Part shown: piece by piece, positions 59,545 through 64,000 of the stretch
Numbering within the stretch: position 1 is the first letter of the stretch
Layout: every line of letters starts with the position of its first letter
Source of the DNA: Spirochaetota bacterium
GTDB lineage: Bacteria; Spirochaetota; UBA4802; UBA5550
Direction of reading: 5' to 3'
Assembly: GCA_963663865.1 (NCBI GenBank)
Contig: OY760686.1
Location: 2,432,001-2,496,000, forward strand
Length of the DNA: 64,000 nucleotides
Program-made: the position numbers and the translations under genes
Notes under the pieces: model-generated
Told to the model about the DNA's origin: nothing
The model's database searches: none
Seen by the model: only the letters and a program-made list of their open reading frames with translations

Positions 59545-60357
59545 CTATTTTGGCCACGGATTCCAGTCTCCCCAATTGTCGTAGTACTCCTGTAAGGAAG
59601 GAATCTTTTCTATGTTTGCCTCAATGTAGGCCTTTGCTTCTCTGACTATTTCCTGCTCTTTCTCGATTTTCAGATCACCCTGCAACACTCTTGTTCTTAG
59701 AAAGACAAAGTACGTGTCGAGAACATCGTGAACGCAGTAATCATTTATCTCCCGAATTTTACCCTGCAGGAACATATCATAAACATCGCTTCCCTTGGTT
59801 CCCATCTTTCCCGGCTTGCCCAGGACTTTTGCGAGAAGATTAAGGCCTCCGTTCATCCGAATAGCGCTGTAATTTGACAGATAATCCTGAAGATCAATGT
59901 GTTTGGTACCAAACCTGAATCTGCCGGCAAACTTGTCGACGAAATGCCTCTTGGCGGTGAAGCCGTATCTGTAGGCCATAAGCTCAAGAAGTGGAATATC
60001 AAAGCCTCGCCCGTTAAAGGTTACCATAGAGGCATGACCGTAAATTTCCTCTATTCCCAGCCAGAAAAGACGCGTCATTTCTGCCGGACGGAATTTAGGA
60101 TCATCGAGACAGACAATTTCAGCAAGCCTGAAGTCAGAGGTCACCTTTGCGACTGTCACAGAGACTGGATACTGGAATGTTGCAGGTATAAAATCAGAGC
60201 TTCCATTGCTCTGTTCGAGCAGCTCTCCCTGATACTTCCTTACAGCCTCATCATCCGTAAGCTCCTCTTCAGGATAGCGGCACATTTTAATAAGCTTTGC
60301 GTCTGGTACTGATTCCACATCAAATACAAGATATTTAACTTCCTTTGAATCAATCAT
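59545..60357 (-). CDS. PolB-like 3'-5' exonuclease domain protein (DEDDy, stand-alone)
   Basis: FDVESVPD, FNGRGFD.P, H.DL.D, PGK....G..V and YC..DV..TY motifs. Confidence 0.85.
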   Translation of the reverse strand: MIDSKEVKYLVFDVESVPDAKLIKMCRYPEEELTDDEAVRKYQGELLEQSNGSSDFIPATFQYPVSVTVAKVTSDFRLAEIVCLDDPKFRPAEMTRLFWLGIEEIYGHASMVTFNGRGFDIPLLELMAYRYGFTAKRHFVDKFAGRFRFGTKHIDLQDYLSNYSAIRMNGGLNLLAKVLGKPGKMGTKGSDVYDMFLQGKIREINDYCVHDVLDTYFVFLRTRVLQGDLKIEKEQEIVREAKAYIEANIEKIPSLQEYYDNWGDWNPWPK

Positions 60358-60549
60358 TTCTCTTCCGTATTAATTAAATTTTATGCTGTTGGAATATTAA
60401 CTGGCGCACAATCGATGTCCAGCGTTTTTTAAAGTGATGGCTATGAGCGATACTTCGCTAAGGGCAGATTATTATGTTTGAACAATAAACGAAAGCATGC
60501 CGCTTATGCAGCATGCTCAGATCAATTCACATTTCAGGAATATAAGTTA

Positions 60550-61002
60550 CTATTTGCCTGACGCCTTGACAGCCATTCTTTCCAGGAAATCCTTCATGAA
60601 TGGATCAGTCTCTTTTTCCTTTGATTTCTGCCAGACATCAATAGATTTCTTGGAGCCTATCCTGACCGAAGACATCAACGCCGCGTAGCGCACATCAGCG
60701 CTTGAATCGTTGAGCAGGGCATCATGAAGAGCATCAAGCTTCTCATCATCTCCAATATATCCAAGTGCTGTCACGCAATTAAGCCTGACTGCCTTTCTGC
60801 TGTCTTTAAGGAGAGCGTTCAGCTTATCAACGGCCTTCTTTTCCTCTTTTTCACCAAGCCAATTTGCAGCATCAACAATAACCTTCTCATCTTTAGCCGG
60901 ATCAAGGTCGGCAAGAGATGATTCAACTGTCCTGGTTTCTGCTGAACTAAGCGCGACGGCCGCGGATAATATCATAACTAAAACTGCTGATAGCTTCTTC
61001 AT
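60550..61002 (-). CDS. Secreted HEAT-repeat protein
   Basis: Signal peptide; L.D....VR..(A/C)..ALG..G repeats. Confidence 0.8.
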   Translation of the reverse strand: MKKLSAVLVMILSAAVALSSAETRTVESSLADLDPAKDEKVIVDAANWLGEKEEKKAVDKLNALLKDSRKAVRLNCVTALGYIGDDEKLDALHDALLNDSSADVRYAALMSSVRIGSKKSIDVWQKSKEKETDPFMKDFLERMAVKASGK

Positions 61003-61126
61003 AATGTTCTCCGTATAAGTTCATTAAATTTTACTCAGGCTGAAAACTGTCAGATTTACAACCACAGACGGCCCATCAGATTAACTGTTAAGCCCGAAGA
61101 AACTGTTTTTCAGCCTCAACTAAGTA

Positions 61127-61154
61127 ATTATATTAATATCGGGGATTATGTCAA
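61127..61154 (-). promoter_or_regulatory. Near-consensus sigma-70 promoter for the HEAT-repeat gene
   Basis: Minus strand TTGACA (61154-61149)-N16-TATAAT (61132-61127). Confidence 0.6.
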
Positions 61155-61301
61155 TAATTTTTATTAAACTATTCTAATCTTCAACATGTGATAAAATTGA
61201 ATTAATCGAAAAATAAAAACATTCCCGGTCTCTAAAAAAGATTTTACATATCCTTCAAATCAGGGAATTTGACAGCTAATAATTACTCCTTGAGGTGCAG
61301 T

Positions 61302-62750
61302 ATGAGCAATATTTTTGAAGATTTAAATCCCGATGAAGATGAGGATTTCAGCCGTTTACTTGAATCCAGCCTCAATAAAAGAGACAATTACGAAACCGGC
61401 GAGAAGGTAAGCGGTACCATTCTCGACATCAGGGGAGATACAGCTTTTGTTGACATTTCAGCAAAAAGTGAGGCAGTAATCGACGCCGCAGAGCTGCAGA
61501 ACAACGCAGGCGAGTTTGAATTCAGCCGCGGGAGCACTATTGAGGCCTATGTTATTTCCGTCAGGGGCGGAGAAATAGTTCTCAGCAGAAAAATTGGCCG
61601 TTCAGGAGCTTCAGCCGATATCCTTGAAACGGCCTTTTCAAGCGGGATTCCTGTAGAAGGCAGAGTAATCAGCTCACGAAAAGGCGGATACTCGGTTGAA
61701 ACTGGAGGGATATCATGCTTTTGCCCGTTCTCTCAAATAGACATAAGAGCCGGTGAAGAAGCAGACTACCTTAACAAGAATTTTCATTTTTTAATAACAG
61801 AATTTTCCAACAATGGAAGAAATGTTGTCCTTTCCAGAAGAGTACTGCTCGAAAAAGAAGCCCTTGAAAGGGAAGCTCAGCTCAGGGAAACCCTGGAAAT
61901 TGGAAGCATTGTCGAAGGCACAGTCTCCAGCATCAGGCCTTTCGGAATCTTCGTTGACCTTGCCGGTATTGAGGGCCTTGTCCCAAAATCGGAGCTTTCC
62001 CGCAGCCGACTCGTAACAACTGATGATTTCAAACCCGGCCAGAGAGTTAAAGCCTCGCTTATGTCTGTAGACTGGAATACAAAAAGAATCAGCCTCAGTA
62101 TAAAAAACACCGAACCGGATCCGTGGGAAATCTCAGAGAATCTCAAATCCGGAACAGTACATAACGGCATCGTCACAAATCTTATATCAAGCGGCGCCTT
62201 CGTCCAGATTATTCCCGGCCTTGAAGGGTTTGTGCACATCTCAAGGATGAGCTTCACTAAGCGGATAAACCGCCCTGAAGATGTTCTGAAGCCGGGCGAC
62301 TCTGTAAGCGTCAGAGTCATGGACGTTGACAGAAAAGCTCAAAAGATATCACTGGAGCTTATGACAGATGAAGCCGACCCCTGGCTGATACCGGAAAGCG
62401 AACTAACCGGCAGGGTTCTATCTGCAACGGTCGAAGGCTCCAGATCAAGCGGGTTAAATATTCGTCTGGACAGCGGCCTTTCAGGATTTGTTCCATCCAG
62501 CGAACTTACTGACAGAAAGAGTTTTGATATTCAGAAGGATTATCCGACAGGAAGCTCTCTTGAGGTCATGCTGATTCGATACGAGCCTGACAGGAAAAAC
62601 GCGGTATTCAGCGCCATTGCCGTCAAGAACGGCAAAGAGCAGGAAGCCTATGAGACATTTAAGGAAAGCAACAACGGTTCCGCCGGAATCAACCTTGGCA
62701 ATCTGCTCGGCGATAAATTCAAAGATATAAAAAAAACAATCGGCGAATAG
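61302..62750 (+). CDS. rpsA: Ribosomal protein S1-like multi-S1-domain protein
   Basis: About five S1 repeats (G..V.G.V..I..FG.FV.L.G.EG..P.SELS; EGFVHIS.MS; RISLSIK...DPW). Short, so possibly a second S1 paralogue. Confidence 0.82.
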   Translation: MSNIFEDLNPDEDEDFSRLLESSLNKRDNYETGEKVSGTILDIRGDTAFVDISAKSEAVIDAAELQNNAGEFEFSRGSTIEAYVISVRGGEIVLSRKIGRSGASADILETAFSSGIPVEGRVISSRKGGYSVETGGISCFCPFSQIDIRAGEEADYLNKNFHFLITEFSNNGRNVVLSRRVLLEKEALEREAQLRETLEIGSIVEGTVSSIRPFGIFVDLAGIEGLVPKSELSRSRLVTTDDFKPGQRVKASLMSVDWNTKRISLSIKNTEPDPWEISENLKSGTVHNGIVTNLISSGAFVQIIPGLEGFVHISRMSFTKRINRPEDVLKPGDSVSVRVMDVDRKAQKISLELMTDEADPWLIPESELTGRVLSATVEGSRSSGLNIRLDSGLSGFVPSSELTDRKSFDIQKDYPTGSSLEVMLIRYEPDRKNAVFSAIAVKNGKEQEAYETFKESNNGSAGINLGNLLGDKFKDIKKTIGE

Positions 62751-62776
62751 TTTTTAGTCTCTGAAGAAAAATCTTA

Positions 62777-62805
62777 TTGATATATCCTTCTTCAGAGACT
62801 ATAAT
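62777..62805 (+). promoter_or_regulatory. Sigma-70 promoter
   Basis: TTGATA-N17-TATAAT upstream of the 62829 ORF. Confidence 0.6.
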
Positions 62806-62828
62806 ACAATAATACCGGCTTATTTATT

Positions 62829-63206
62829 TTGATCACCATGCTGCAACGCTGCATAACTGCTGATATGATAACACTGAAGAATGGACATATTATCCCCTAT
62901 AACAGAGATTTTGACAAATTTTTCAAATCTCTCATGGATTCAATAATTGAAGAGTCAAAAAATGAAGTTAACACCAGCAAAAGACCGGGGGACAGCCTTG
63001 ATACTCTCAACGAGTCTTTCCTCCGGGAAATAATGGACAACTGCATTGTTGTCACACATCAGCTGTTTGAGATACCTGAAGAGCAGAAAGACATGTCAAA
63101 GTTCATGGTTTCAGGCTTTATTTTCAACAGCATATTACTCATTATACAAAATGCTGAAAATCTTCTTCCTTCGGTCGAAACTAACGGAGAGAACTCCATT
63201 CATTGA
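62829..63206 (+). CDS. Hypothetical protein (helical)
   Basis: 125-aa ORF with its own promoter; true start may be 62865. Confidence 0.6.
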   Translation: MITMLQRCITADMITLKNGHIIPYNRDFDKFFKSLMDSIIEESKNEVNTSKRPGDSLDTLNESFLREIMDNCIVVTHQLFEIPEEQKDMSKFMVSGFIFNSILLIIQNAENLLPSVETNGENSIH

Positions 63207-63226
63207 GCCTTCATCAATCCGCTTGT

Positions 63227-64000
63227 TCACATAAGCCCGGTCAGTTGTTCAAGCTTAATTGGATCAACTTTATGCAATCTCTGAATTAAATCTTCGAGTT
63301 TATCCCCTTTTCGAACATTCAGAGACACTTTTACAACATCACCCTCCAGATGCTTTGGAAGAATTACAGAAAGCCCCTTTCCTGAAACAGAAGCTGCAAG
63401 AGTTTCTGCTCTTGAAATGATTGCTGTGTATTCCGGGTATCGAGTCTGGAAAACCCTGTCCCACAAATCCTGGTCTGAATGGCTCTCAGACATAAATACT
63501 TCAAGAAGCCTGCCTTCATTCCCGACACGGCATATATCACTGCACATAAGAACAGCTGACTTGAACAGATTAAGCCGCATCCCGAGTGTATAAGCCGCGT
63601 CACCAAGGGCTTTTAAAACATTGTGAGGCAGATTCAAAAAGTCAGTTACAGTTTTAAAAGGTACATCTCTCATATCAAAGTAGTCAAATACATGTGCCGA
63701 TAGTTCTGTAATTTTTGAGGCATAATTACTGCTGAAGATAGAGCGGGGAACTTTAAGTGTATTTTCTGCAAAATGTATGACTTGATCTTCATCTATGCAA
63801 AAGCGTTCCCGCAGAATAATAATGCATCTCAGCCTGCCGCCTGATCCGATCAGGCCTGAATATGACTTCCTGACTGCTTCAGACATTATTATCTCATGGT
63901 CATATTCCTCAGTTACAAAAACATCTACTTCTTCCCGCTTTGAAATGCGTGCTGCCTCCAGCCGGTTGAATCCGGTCAAGGCCTTAAAACAACCGTTGCA
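63227..64000 (-). CDS. ParB/Srx-like N-terminal domain protein (5'-truncated by window edge)
   Basis: Frame open to the window end; L.GFNRLEAA resembles the ParB GxxR motif, followed by a helical region. Confidence 0.55.
   Translation of the reverse strand, partial: CNGCFKALTGFNRLEAARISKREEVDVFVTEEYDHEIIMSEAVRKSYSGLIGSGGRLRCIIILRERFCIDEDQVIHFAENTLKVPRSIFSSNYASKITELSAHVFDYFDMRDVPFKTVTDFLNLPHNVLKALGDAAYTLGMRLNLFKSAVLMCSDICRVGNEGRLLEVFMSESHSDQDLWDRVFQTRYPEYTAIISRAETLAASVSGKGLSVILPKHLEGDVVKVSLNVRKGDKLEDLIQRLHKVDPIKLEQLTGLM

Overview
A 64-kb chromosomal segment from a diderm bacterium, most likely a Leptospirales-related (probably non-Leptospira) spirochaete. The evidence is a clear FcpA flagellar-sheath homologue plus spirochaete-style FecR/FN3/small beta-barrel proteins. 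Housekeeping genes include ilvB/ilvN, panB, folK, panP, murB, cysS-rlmB, lepA, purU, typA, an ABC-F ATPase, trpR-trpB2, metH, folD, ilvD and an S1 protein. Three accessory envelope-associated blocks stand out. (1) 10.6-20.6 kb: two giant Ig-repeat lipoproteins plus two outer-membrane beta-barrels. (2) 29.6-41.0 kb: a beta-glucoside/glucose utilisation locus (GH3 lipoprotein, porin, GluP, glucokinase) flanked by an orphan periplasmic binding protein + MCP at one end and a transmembrane AraC regulator at the other. The MCP and AraC share a homologous periplasmic sensor module (ungapped 88-aa alignment), the best candidate for an undescribed system. (3) 47.1-53.8 kb: a Cache-HAMP adenylate cyclase with an extra GAF/degenerate-GGDEF N-terminus, a FecR-FN3 protein and an FN3/IPT-beta-barrel protein, a candidate trans-envelope cAMP signalling system. 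No rRNA, tRNA, CRISPR array, transposase, integrase or prophage was recognised. All family assignments come from motifs read by eye; no database search was run.
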